A DNA stretch of 59,400 nucleotides, filler included, from Coriobacteriales bacterium (lineage in GTDB: Bacteria > Actinomycetota > Coriobacteriia > Coriobacteriales > UBA8131): NCBI GenBank assembly GCA_031263105.1. It is 6 parts of 6 records of this genome, joined end to end, with 100 filler letters (N's around TTAATTAATTAA, not from the genome) between each part and the next. Parts side by side here need not be neighbours in the genome. Positions count along the whole stretch, not along the records: positions 23,253 to 30,490 come from JAISGJ010000232.1; positions 30,591 to 54,301 come from JAISGJ010000234.1; 4 more parts are not named here. One strand, written 5' to 3'. The notes beneath the pieces are model-generated. The model did not search any database, was not told the DNA's origin, and worked only from the letters and a program-made list of their open reading frames with translations. The translations under genes were made by a program, and so were the position numbers. Of the stretch, positions 29,065-37,819 are shown piece after piece (the stretch's first letter is position 1; the number at the start of each line of letters is the position of its first letter).

Positions 29065-29530
29065 TTTCGACCACCTCCGTCGGGGAATATATGCCAATCG
29101 ACCTGTAACCTTGCTCAAAGTTGACAGCTGCCGTCATCTCGATGGTTTTTCGCTTGACGATGTGCTTGAAGTTGAAGCTGACCATCACATCAAGTCCGTG
29201 TATCGTTGCCATCGCGATATGTATAGCGTCCAGCTTGTATTTCTCTGGAATGATGCCGGCTTCGATGTATCGGTTCGCCAGATCCTCTGCCTCATCGCTC
29301 GTTGCGAGCATCGCGATAGCGCAGTCTCGGATCAACGCCGTCATGTTGCCTTGTTTGGGCTCAGGCGCCCTCTCCAGTTCTTCGAGCACGTAGACGGATG
29401 TGACAGGCTCGTACTTTCCCTCGCGAATCTCATCGAAGAGCTTGAGCGTGTCGCGCTGTTTTTCTGGGTCGTTGTCCGCGAAGCAGAAGTTGAAGATCGA
29501 GGTCTCTATGTAGATACGTGGGACGCGCAT
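29057..29530 (-). CDS. PIN-domain protein (toxin), apparently intact
   Basis: IYIETSIF, S.YVLEEL, DAIHIAMAT, VSFNFKHIV; start MRVP at 29530. Confidence 0.88.
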   Translation of the reverse strand: MRVPRIYIETSIFNFCFADNDPEKQRDTLKLFDEIREGKYEPVTSVYVLEELERAPEPKQGNMTALIRDCAIAMLATSDEAEDLANRYIEAGIIPEKYKLDAIHIAMATIHGLDVMVSFNFKHIVKRKTIEMTAAVNFEQGYRSIGIYSPTEVVEND

Positions 29531-29905
29531 GGCAGGCTGCCTTCCATTGGCCGGTTCAGTCAGTATAGCGCAGTCTGCATGCAATCGCTCGTCCGGACAC
29601 CCGATTTGCGCCTCCGATCGTCTGCCCCGATCGTCTGCATTAGGGAACGGGCAGTACGGTGACAGACAGAGAGGTGACAGGGAGACGGCACCCGCCCCCT
29701 TGGCGCAGCGAGCGCAAGCGAACGGAGCGTCACGTCTGCAAGCGGCGCAGCCGCGCCGCACTGTGTGCGGCACTGGCGCCGGCCAGCCCGTGTACTTGGC
29801 AGACTGTTGGCAGGCATGCCGTCCCCCGTCGTCCGAAGCCGCATGTTCTGCAGTATTATATTTCAGATAGGAAAGAATTTGATTCTTGAAATGAGGTGAG
29901 CGGAC

Positions 29906-30079
29906 ATGGCAACAAGCAGCATATTCAGTACCATCAAAGTGAGTGACGAGAAGTCGGCGCAGAGATTGCTCGATGCCATGATTGCTACCGAGAAAGCCGA
30001 AGCGAACAAAAGGCCAAGACCAATTCGCGCCAAAGAACTGAAGGGCAAGGACCTGCAAGGCTTTTTCAAGGAGGGCTGA
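29906..30079 (+). CDS. Small MATSSI-type antitoxin-like protein (57 aa, below the ORF-track cutoff)
   Basis: GAGGTG RBS; MATSSIFSTIKVSDEKSAQRLLDAM...FFKEG*. Confidence 0.7.
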   Translation: MATSSIFSTIKVSDEKSAQRLLDAMIATEKAEANKRPRPIRAKELKGKDLQGFFKEG

Positions 30080-30081
30080 CC

Positions 30082-30185
30082 ATCGACTATCTCATCGTAA
30101 ACCTTGCCGAGCTGCCGAGCGGCCAAGGAGTGGAGAGAACCGAGCTGTTCCTCTCCACTTTTCGAGCAGGCACAATCAGGACGTG
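30082..30185 (+). pseudogene. N-terminal remnant of a GNAT toxin
   Basis: DYLIVNLAEL...G.E.....LSTF, frameshift, SSRHNQDV, then merges into moxR at GACGTG. Confidence 0.55.
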
Positions 30186-30490
30186 CTGGCCGTGCGCGCG
30201 GCGGCGCGCGAGGTCTACGCCTCCAAGATGATCATGCGCTACGTGGTGGAGATCGTCACGGCGACGCGCGACAACCCCGAGGTGCAGGTCGGCGCCTCGC
30301 CCCGTGGCGGCATCGCGCTCCTTGCGCTGGCGCGCGCCTACGTGTTCGCGCACGGCCGGGGCTACGTGCTTCCCGACGACGTGAAGGCCCTCGCCCCCCA
30401 CGTCCTGCGCCACCGCCTCTCCCTCGCCCACGAGGCCCGGGTCTCGGGCCGCACCCCCGACGACGTGATAGCCTCCATCCTCGCCGGCAT
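30180..30490 (+). pseudogene. moxR: 5'-truncated moxR copy (C-terminal lid region)
   Basis: YVVEIVTATR...[18 protein letters not shown]...[22 protein letters not shown]; no ATPase domain upstream. Confidence 0.85.
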
Positions 30491-30618
30491 NNNNNNNNNN
30501 NNNNNNNNNNNNNNNNNNNNNNNNNNNNNNNNNNTTAATTAATTAANNNNNNNNNNNNNNNNNNNNNNNNNNNNNNNNNNNNNNNNNNNNGGAATTTTTG
30601 GCCAGGGGGCGGGTGTGT

Positions 30619-30801
30619 GTAACACGACACACCCCCACTGTAATTCCGCCCCCCGCCGAGTAATATTGGCACACGCTGTGACCCACGGCAGGTCAGGGTG
30701 CCCTTCGACCTGCGGTCGACCGCTGGCGCGGTCGAAGATTCCTCGACAGGCTCGGAATGACAGTGGGGGCTCGGAATGACAGTGGGGGTGTGACGTGTAA
30801 C
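30619..30801. mobile_element. MITE variant (right end GTGTGACGTGTAAC, tandem arm); left end unreliable
   Basis: Same core and GATTCCTCGACAGGCTCGGAATGACAGTGGGGG arm; arm end duplicated at about 30750-30788. Confidence 0.7.
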
Positions 30802-30912
30802 AGACTCCGGCCCTCTGGCCAAACTTTCCCGGAATCCCGGTTGCGCGATGCCCCGAGGTTCGCTAACATAGGTACCCGCGCCCGGCAGGGCCCCAGGCTC
30901 CGGCTTGGCAAC

Positions 30913-30986
30913 TGGGGTGTCGTCTAATGGTAGGACAGCGGATTCTGGTTCCGTAAGTGGGGGTTCAACTCCTCCCACCCCAGCCA
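30913..30986 (+). tRNA. tRNA-Gln (CTG)
   Basis: Acceptor TGGGGTG/CACCCCA, anticodon loop TT-CTG-GT, GTTCAA T-loop, encoded CCA. Confidence 0.96.
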
Positions 30987-31050
30987 AGAAAGCCCAAGGT
31001 GTCCCGTTGAGGGTCGCCGAGCAGCTTGGAGCAGATAGCGCGTTCAGCAT

Positions 31051-31127
31051 GGCCCGTTCGTCTAGCGGTTTAGGACACCGCCCTCTCAAGGCGGAGATCG
31101 TGGGTTCGAATCCCATACGGGCTACCA
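31051..31127 (+). tRNA. tRNA-Glu (CTC)
   Basis: Acceptor GGCCCGT/ACGGGCT, anticodon loop CT-CTC-AA, GTTCGAATC, encoded CCA. Confidence 0.97.
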
Positions 31128-31301
31128 CCCATTCCCAGGCCCCCGGAAGGGGGCCTGTCGCACGTCGTCGGCGGATTCGCCCCCACGACCCCTTGCCCGG
31201 TTCCGGGCGTCCGCCCCGCCCCGCACCGCTCACCCCATGGGTGCTCGCAGGCTCGCACCCGACCTCGCTGAAAACGCGGTGCGTTTTCCGGGCGCTCGGC
31301 C

Positions 31302-31378
31302 CCCATACGGGCTACCACCCATTCCCAGGCCCCCGGAAGGGGGCCTGTCGCACGTCGTCGGCGGATTCGCCCCCACGA
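31302..31378 (+). repeat. Perfect 77-bp direct repeat of the tRNA-Glu 3' end plus terminator hairpin (31112-31188)
   Basis: Base-by-base comparison; includes CAGGCCCCC-GGAA-GGGGGCCTG. Confidence 0.9.
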
Positions 31379-31392
31379 TTCCCCAACCGGGC

Positions 31393-31737
31393 CTACACGC
31401 CTGCCTTCTTGTACTTCAGGCCGAGGAGGCACAGCTGCTCCTTTGCCTTCTCCTGGCCCTCGTAGCTCAGATTGCGGTACTCGCCGAGGACCTTGACCTC
31501 GTCTTCCCCCAAATCGTCCGGCGCAGGGGCGACCGGCCTGTCGTTGCATATCAGCCAATCGGCAGAACATCCGGCCATCTTGCAGACCGTGACGATCATG
31601 GAGGCCTTTATGTCTACTTTGCCATATTCATAGCGTTGATAATTCTGCGGGGTCATGCCAAGGCTCTTGCTGAGCTCGAGCTGCGTGACGGCAAGCACGT
31701 CCTCCCGCACCTGCCTGAGCCTGTTCGGATACTTCAT
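31393..31737 (-). CDS. XRE-family HTH repressor
   Basis: NRLRQVRE...TQLELSKSLGMT..NYQRYEYG...CSADWLI; AAGGTG RBS. Confidence 0.88.
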   Translation of the reverse strand: MKYPNRLRQVREDVLAVTQLELSKSLGMTPQNYQRYEYGKVDIKASMIVTVCKMAGCSADWLICNDRPVAPAPDDLGEDEVKVLGEYRNLSYEGQEKAKEQLCLLGLKYKKAGV

Positions 31738-31885
31738 ACGATCACCTTCTTTGGATGAGCCCACATGGCAGTACAACTTTACCAGAATACAAAAGCAACT
31801 TTTGCAAATCATGGAACTCCCTCTTGAAGTACAATAAAAATTAAGGTATTTTTAGGTATGAGGCAATAAGTGTTGTTGCATTGGG

Positions 31886-32149
31886 GTGAACGTGACATTA
31901 AAAACCATTGCAAGTGAGCGGGCGCTCCTTGGCATCGACCAAGGGGGACTCGCAAAACTGATAGGGGTGAGCCGGGCGACGGTATCGGGCTGGGAGCTCG
32001 GGACGTCGGAGCCGGGCGGCGAGTCGATCAGGAGGATGACCCGGGTATTCGGATGCTCGGCCGACTACCTGCTCGGCCTGTCTGCCGACAGGCGGCAGCC
32101 GCCCCTCTTGCAGGCCGAGGGCGCCCCCCAGAGCAAAGACAGGGAGTGA
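31886..32149 (+). CDS. XRE/Cro-like HTH protein, divergent from the repressor
   Basis: IASER..LGIDQ..LAKLIGVSRATVSGWELG...FGCSADYLLG. Confidence 0.85.
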   Translation: MNVTLKTIASERALLGIDQGGLAKLIGVSRATVSGWELGTSEPGGESIRRMTRVFGCSADYLLGLSADRRQPPLLQAEGAPQSKDRE

Positions 32150-32214
32150 CGTGACGGAGGAATGACACTGACGCGACATAAGGAACAGGCCGAAACGAGA
32201 AAGGCGGCCTGCCG

Positions 32215-32574
32215 GTGAGTGCCCTTGAGCGAACCGATGAGCTGAAGCAGGCCATCGGGGAAGCGGGGGCGGCCGTGTACGAGGCCAGGATGCTGGCGAC
32301 ACGGCACGGCGAGCCTGCGATCGCCGATATCCTTGGGAGGGCGGAGGCAGAGATGACGAGGGCATTGGCACTCGTCGACCCGCGTCTGAGGGTCTTTCCC
32401 ACGAGGGGACGCGCCGAAACGACCGACGAGCTGCCCTTGGCGATCGCCGATGCGATGAGCGGGGCGATGACGGCCGGGGACATGGCAAAACGCTATGACT
32501 GCATGGCGGCCGCAGGCGTCCTCGAGAAGGCCAGCACCGCCTTGGTCTCGGCGCTGGCACATGCCGTGGACTGA
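32215..32574 (+). CDS. Hypothetical helical protein
   Basis: 119-aa ORF following the Cro-like gene; no motif recognised. Confidence 0.5.
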   Translation: MSALERTDELKQAIGEAGAAVYEARMLATRHGEPAIADILGRAEAEMTRALALVDPRLRVFPTRGRAETTDELPLAIADAMSGAMTAGDMAKRYDCMAAAGVLEKASTALVSALAHAVD

Positions 32575-32685
32575 GGCGCGAGCCCTCGCCCGAGACAGGC
32601 GCACAGGAGCGCCTCGGGCTGGATGGCACGCTGCCTCGGCACGGCCTCCGCTCTGTCCGGGACGTCCCGGCCGAACGGGTCCGGG

Positions 32686-34272
32686 CTACCCCCGCGCAAG
32701 CTCCCGTGCCCGCCCGATCCGTGCGAGCACGTGCGTCCTGCCGAGCAGCTCCAACGACTCGAACAGCGGCGGCGAGACCTTGTTCCCGCAGACGGCCACG
32801 CGCAGCGCCTGGAAGACCGCCCTGGGCTTCCTGCCCAACTCCTCAGGTATGGTGCGCAAGGCGGCCTCGATGACGGAGGCCTTCCACTCCAAGGCCTCGT
32901 CGCCGAGGAGCGCCTCGGCGCGGGCAAGCGCCTCGGCAGCACCCTCCACACGCAGGCATTTCTCGATCGACTCCCCGTCGAGCGCCACCTTGTCGCCGCT
33001 GAAGAGGTAGGCGAGCATGGACACGGCCTCCGCCATCGTCTTCGCCCGCTCGGCGACGAGCGGATAAAGGGCCTCGTACCACGGACGGTTCTCGGCGATG
33101 TCTGCCGCAACGGCCTCGGGCGTGGCGGGCGTCCCGTCCACGAGCAGCAGCTGCCCGCCTCCGCCCTCGGCGCCCTCCCTGTCCTTGACATATACGAGTG
33201 CGCCCTCCCGCGTCAGGCCATGGCGCTCAAGCAGGGGGACGAGCGCACGGGCGAAGGCCTGCGCCCCCATGCCCTTGAGGTAGCTCGCGTTGACCCAGGC
33301 GAGCTTCGCCTCGTCGAAGACGGCGGGGTTCTTGGAGATGCGGTCGAGCGTGAAGTTCTCGACGAGCACGTCCCGGGCAAAGAGCGTGGTCTCGCCGTCC
33401 AGCGACCAGCCGAGCAGCGCAAGGTAGTTGAGCAGGGCGTCGGGGAAGTAGCCCTCGTCCTTGTAGGCCTCGACGCCGGTCGCGCCGTGGCGCTTGGAGA
33501 GGCGCTTGCCGTCCGCCCCGAGGATCATGGAGAGGTGGGCGAAGCGCGGCACGGGCATGCCGAGCGCCTCGTAGACGAGTATCTGCTTGGGCGTGTTGGA
33601 GAGGTGGTCGTCGCCCCGGATGACGTGGGTGACCTCCATCAGGGCGTCGTCGACGCAGACGACGTAGTTGTAGGTGGGTGTGCCGTCCGTGCGGACGAGG
33701 ATGAAGTCGTCGAGCTGCGTTGCGGGGAATGCCGTGGTGCCGAAGACCAGGTCGTCGAAGACCACGTCGCCGCGGCCTTCCGGCACCTTGAGGCGCCAGG
33801 TGTGCGGCTCGCCCGCCTCGATGCGGGCCTGCGCCTCGGCGGGCGGGATGTCACGGCAGCTTCGGTCGTAGCCGGCATAGGCCTTTGCCGCGAGCGCCGC
33901 CTGGCGCTTGGAGGCAAGCTCCTCTGCGGGGCAGAAGCAGGGGTAGGCGGCATCGCGCGCCTTCAGGCGCTCGAGCATCTCCCGGTAGAGGGGGAAGCGC
34001 TCCGTCTGGAGGTAGGGGCCGAAGGCGCCGCCGGCACCGGGCCCCTCGTCCCAGTCGATGCCGAGCCAGGTGAGGGCCCGGATGATCTGGGCGGTGTTCT
34101 CGGAGGTTGAGCGCCCGGGGTCGGTGTCCTCGATGCGCAGGATGAGGCTCCCTCCGAAATGGCGTGCGAACGCCCAGTTGTAGATCGCGGTACGGGCGCC
34201 GCCGATATGGAGCTTGCCCGTCGGCGACGGTGCGAAGCGCACGCGGACGCGTGCGCCGGTCGGATCAGTCAT
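32686..34272 (-). CDS. gltX: Glutamate--tRNA ligase
   Basis: RVRFAPSPTG.LHIGG, LRIEDTD, VIRGDDH, RLSKRHGA, SPPLFES. Confidence 0.98.
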   Translation of the reverse strand: MTDPTGARVRVRFAPSPTGKLHIGGARTAIYNWAFARHFGGSLILRIEDTDPGRSTSENTAQIIRALTWLGIDWDEGPGAGGAFGPYLQTERFPLYREMLERLKARDAAYPCFCPAEELASKRQAALAAKAYAGYDRSCRDIPPAEAQARIEAGEPHTWRLKVPEGRGDVVFDDLVFGTTAFPATQLDDFILVRTDGTPTYNYVVCVDDALMEVTHVIRGDDHLSNTPKQILVYEALGMPVPRFAHLSMILGADGKRLSKRHGATGVEAYKDEGYFPDALLNYLALLGWSLDGETTLFARDVLVENFTLDRISKNPAVFDEAKLAWVNASYLKGMGAQAFARALVPLLERHGLTREGALVYVKDREGAEGGGGQLLLVDGTPATPEAVAADIAENRPWYEALYPLVAERAKTMAEAVSMLAYLFSGDKVALDGESIEKCLRVEGAAEALARAEALLGDEALEWKASVIEAALRTIPEELGRKPRAVFQALRVAVCGNKVSPPLFESLELLGRTHVLARIGRARELARG

Positions 34273-35857
34273 CGAGGTCCTTTCGGGAGCTGCCCGGACG
34301 CGTCCTGAGGGCGAGGCCGGCAGCGGGGTCATAGGCGGAGAGGAAGGCCGGCACGGTGATGCCGCCTGCGAAGCCGGCTATGATGCCTTTTTGGCCGGCG
34401 CGCACGAAGATGCCGCTGAAGCGTCCCTTGTAGAGGTAGAGGCCCGTGAGGTTGTTCCAAGGCTCGAGCGCCAGCGCGTCGAAGCGCGCAAGGCGCCCTC
34501 CGTCGGGGCCGAGGGGGACAAGGCGCGTGTTGGGCGTGGCGTACTGCCTGCAGAAGGCCTGGACGACATAGGGGCGGACGCTGCAGGCCTCTATGGCGTC
34601 CTCCCACTCGGCCTGGCTGTGGTCGATGCCCGCATGGACCCCTTGGGAGGCGTAGCCCTCGTTGGGCTTGAGTATCCAGGCGTCCTTGTCGGAGCGCAGG
34701 GGGCCGAGGTCGACGGAGGGGTCGTCGAGGCGTGCCGTATAGGGCACATGCCTGCGGACGAAGCAGGCCTCCTCGTCGGTGAGGAAGGCCGAGGTCTCAG
34801 GGAGGTGGAGCACCGCGAACAGCTGCTTGCAGTGGGCGACCTGGGTTCTGAAGCCCCCTATCATGCAGATGCTCCGGTCGCCGACGGCGCGGGCGAGCGC
34901 AAGGGCCCCCCGTGCCGCCCCGGGAGAGCCGACGTCCTGGGGCCGCACGCCCTGCCCTTCGAGCTCCGCCAGCAGCTCGCCGGTCACCGCCCGACGGTAG
35001 ACCGCGTCTATCCTCGATGCGCCGCAGGCACCGTCCGCCGCGCCCGTCTGTCGGCGCGAGGGCACGACGTCGGTCCCGTGCAGCGCGCCGTCCTCGTACA
35101 CCAGGCTGGAGACGTCGCAGACAAGGCAGCGCAGCCCTCGCGCCTCGAAGCGCGAACGGAACTCCTCGAACTCGTAGGAGGTGGCGCTCGACGCATAGTC
35201 GACGATGGCGACGCAGGGGCCGTCCGGACCCGCGCTCGCAGCAGCCCCGGACGCGGCAGGCGCAGCCCCACCGTCCGCCCGGACGCTCGACCCATACAGC
35301 GCCAGGAACTCGTCGACCCAGCCCTCGAAGAGCTCCTGCGCCTCGAGCGCAAGGCCGCCCTCGCCCTGCGCGCGCACGAAGGCCACGGAGCGCATGAGGG
35401 CGTTCGCGCCCTCGCGGTCCTCGTTCATGGCGGATGTGCCGTCGGTGTTGAACTCGCAGAGCATGAAGTCCAGCGTCCCCTCGTCGAGGAAGACGTCCAT
35501 GCGCATGACGGGGATGAGCGCATCGTAGCCGGTCGGCAGGCATATCAGGTGCTCGAGCAGGGGAGAGAAGCCGAAGAGGCGGCGGTATGCGGCATCGTCG
35601 AGGAAGCGCCGCGTGACCTTCTCCAGTATCCTATAGGCGACCGTGGCCTGCGCGTCGAGGAAGCGCAGCGCATCCATGTCGTAGAGCTTGGGGATGAAAC
35701 CGAGCCCGATCACCTCGCCGTGATAGACGGCCGTCGAGCCGTCAAGGTAGGCCTGAGCCGCAAGGCGGCCCGGCAGGTCGCCCCCTTCGTGCTCGAAGCA
35801 GCTGCGGTATGCATCCGAAAGCGCAGGGAGGGCCGACGGCGCGGCGATTTCCGACAT
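34265..35857 (-). CDS. Circularly permuted ATP-grasp amide ligase (glutathione/glutathionylspermidine synthetase-like)
   Basis: MRMDVF, CEFNTDGTSAM, IDAVYRR, WILKP.EGYASQGV..G, YVVQ. Confidence 0.8.
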   Translation of the reverse strand: MSEIAAPSALPALSDAYRSCFEHEGGDLPGRLAAQAYLDGSTAVYHGEVIGLGFIPKLYDMDALRFLDAQATVAYRILEKVTRRFLDDAAYRRLFGFSPLLEHLICLPTGYDALIPVMRMDVFLDEGTLDFMLCEFNTDGTSAMNEDREGANALMRSVAFVRAQGEGGLALEAQELFEGWVDEFLALYGSSVRADGGAAPAASGAAASAGPDGPCVAIVDYASSATSYEFEEFRSRFEARGLRCLVCDVSSLVYEDGALHGTDVVPSRRQTGAADGACGASRIDAVYRRAVTGELLAELEGQGVRPQDVGSPGAARGALALARAVGDRSICMIGGFRTQVAHCKQLFAVLHLPETSAFLTDEEACFVRRHVPYTARLDDPSVDLGPLRSDKDAWILKPNEGYASQGVHAGIDHSQAEWEDAIEACSVRPYVVQAFCRQYATPNTRLVPLGPDGGRLARFDALALEPWNNLTGLYLYKGRFSGIFVRAGQKGIIAGFAGGITVPAFLSAYDPAAGLALRTRPGSSRKDLDD

Positions 35858-35866
35858 GGGGCCGTG

Positions 35867-37270
35867 TCACCCCCTCGACCCGGAGGGGGCCTCGGGGCCC
35901 GCATCGACGAGGGTCGTCCGTGCGGCGACGAGCCGGGCAAGGGGCTCGAGGTAGGCCCGGTCGGCCCGCCTGAGCGAGACCTGGGCCATCCCGAGCAACT
36001 CGTCGAGCCATTCGGGGACGGGCCTTCCGTAGACCTCGGCACCGTAGCCCTTCGCGCGCAGTGCCGCCTTCGCCTCGGCAATGGCGGCGGCATCTGTGCC
36101 TGCCAGACGGGCATCGAGCATGCCGAGCGCCTCCTCGCTGTAGAACAGCCCCTTGACGAGCGCGACGAAGGCGAGGGCGTGCTCCAAGGGCAGGGAGTCG
36201 GCGACGCGTATCTCTATATAGGTCTTGAAGCGCACGTCGAAGAAGAACAGCGAGAGGATGTGCTCGACCTCCTTGCGGCCCAGCTGCCGGTCGGCGAAGG
36301 CCGCAGTGAAGCTGCGGCCTTCCTGCGCGACGCCCCGTGCTGCCCCCGTCCCGTCCTCCTCGACCGTGAAGACGGCCTCTGCGTCGAGGACGGCCTTCGC
36401 GTAGGCTGTGAAGCCGAAGCCCTCCTCGAAGGTCCCCGGCGCCGTCATGGAGCGCCCCGCATCCACGTCGTCCCAGACGGCGGTGCGCGCCATGCGCTCG
36501 GGCACGGGAAGGCCCGGGACGCCTCCCTGCATGTCCGCGCCCGGCACGCCCCTTCGTGCAGCGGCGACGGGCGTTCCCTCGAAGACCGGGCTGTTGTCCG
36601 TGACGAACGCGAAGAGGGGGCCGAGCGCGTTGGCGACGCGGAACTTGCGGACGGCGTCCTCCTCGCTCGAATAGTCGATGCTCACCTGGGTCGCGGCCGT
36701 TGCGCGCATCATGCAGGCGCCATGCCTGCCGGTCTCCCTGAAGTGCCTGTCCATGAGGCGGTAGCGCTCCTTGGGGATGAGGGGGACGTCCTCCGCGCGG
36801 GCAGAGGGGTGATAGCCCAAGGCAAGGGCCTCGTAGCCGAGCCCGTCGAGCAGCGGGTCGAGCTCGGAGCGGAACGCGCGGTAGACGGCCTCGACGTCGG
36901 CGACCTTCCAGAGGGGGGAGATGCTGACCTCGAGCTGCGCACCCGGCTCCAAGGTGAGGCTCGCATCGTCGCGGGCCAGGCCTATGAGACGCCTGCTCCC
37001 GTCGTCCTGGGGCTCGTAGACCTTCTCCGTATAGAAGGGCGCCAGCCGCTCAAGGATGCTGCCCACGCCCAAGGCGCCGGTCACAGGGTCGTCGAGGTAG
37101 GGGACGTGCGCGTGGTCGCCAACGCGGACGATGAAGTGCTCGAGCTCGAGCCCGACGCAGGCCCCGCACCCATGCTCGATCCCGCATGCGATGTAGTCCG
37201 AGATGGCAGACGCCTGCTGCCGCTGCCGCGCCGCAGCATCGGCGCCGCCGCTATCGTGGTGATGGCCCAT
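35867..37270 (-). CDS. gshA: Glutamate--cysteine ligase family (GCS2)
   Basis: GLELEHF, LTLEPGAQLEVS, PKERY.LM, MM..TAATQVSIDY, NSPVFEG, FFDVRFKTYIEIR.ADS. Confidence 0.85.
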   Translation of the reverse strand: MGHHHDSGGADAAARQRQQASAISDYIACGIEHGCGACVGLELEHFIVRVGDHAHVPYLDDPVTGALGVGSILERLAPFYTEKVYEPQDDGSRRLIGLARDDASLTLEPGAQLEVSISPLWKVADVEAVYRAFRSELDPLLDGLGYEALALGYHPSARAEDVPLIPKERYRLMDRHFRETGRHGACMMRATAATQVSIDYSSEEDAVRKFRVANALGPLFAFVTDNSPVFEGTPVAAARRGVPGADMQGGVPGLPVPERMARTAVWDDVDAGRSMTAPGTFEEGFGFTAYAKAVLDAEAVFTVEEDGTGAARGVAQEGRSFTAAFADRQLGRKEVEHILSLFFFDVRFKTYIEIRVADSLPLEHALAFVALVKGLFYSEEALGMLDARLAGTDAAAIAEAKAALRAKGYGAEVYGRPVPEWLDELLGMAQVSLRRADRAYLEPLARLVAARTTLVDAGPEAPSGSRG

Positions 37271-37463
37271 AGAGCCGACATGCCTTCAATGTGCCTCCTC
37301 GCCCCTGCAGGGCATGCAGTGCACGGCGGGCATCTCGATGTGCCCCCGTGCTCCTTGTAACGCCATCCCATCCTAGCACAGCGAGCCGGACGGGTCGTGT
37401 CAAAAGGAAAACCGATTCGAAACCGATTGCGCTGATTTCGCTGCGGGCGGCAGCGGTTTGGAC

Positions 37464-37625
37464 GTTACTGTTCGCACCCCCTCTGTCATCCCGAGCCTGC
37501 CGAGGGATCCTCGACCGCGCCAGCGGTCGACCGCAGGTCGAAGCACCTTCCGGCCGCAGTCGGCTGCTGCGCAGCCGAAGATCCCTCGGCAGGCTCGGGA
37601 TGACAGAGGGGGTGCGAACAGTAAC
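37464..37625. mobile_element. 162-bp MITE with 8-bp TSD GTTTGGAC
   Basis: 46-bp perfect terminal inverted repeat; GTTTGGAC at 37456-37463 and 37626-37633. Confidence 0.94.
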
Positions 37626-37663
37626 GTTTGGACGGCGACGGACGGCACCGGCGAATCTTCCCC

Positions 37664-37692
37664 TTGTGAGCGCCCGCGATAATCCGTATACT
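37664..37692 (+). promoter_or_regulatory. Candidate rpsA promoter TTGTGA-N17-TATACT
   Basis: Consensus-like boxes with 17-nt spacer. Confidence 0.5.
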
Positions 37693-37819
37693 GGTTTAGT
37701 TCTTCGCAGGTGCTGCGGAGGGATTGTACTGTTGGCCCCGAGACAAGTGTGTGCGCTCGACGACGTGTGTGCGATGGAGAGCGTGACGGACGGGGCCCCT
37801 AATTGAAAGGGGTCCACCT

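Noticed and set aside
30591..30660. Extended inverted repeat reaching the contig start
   Set aside because: An error-rich reverse complement of ~30770-30830 including unique flank; typical fold-back read artefact at a palindrome.
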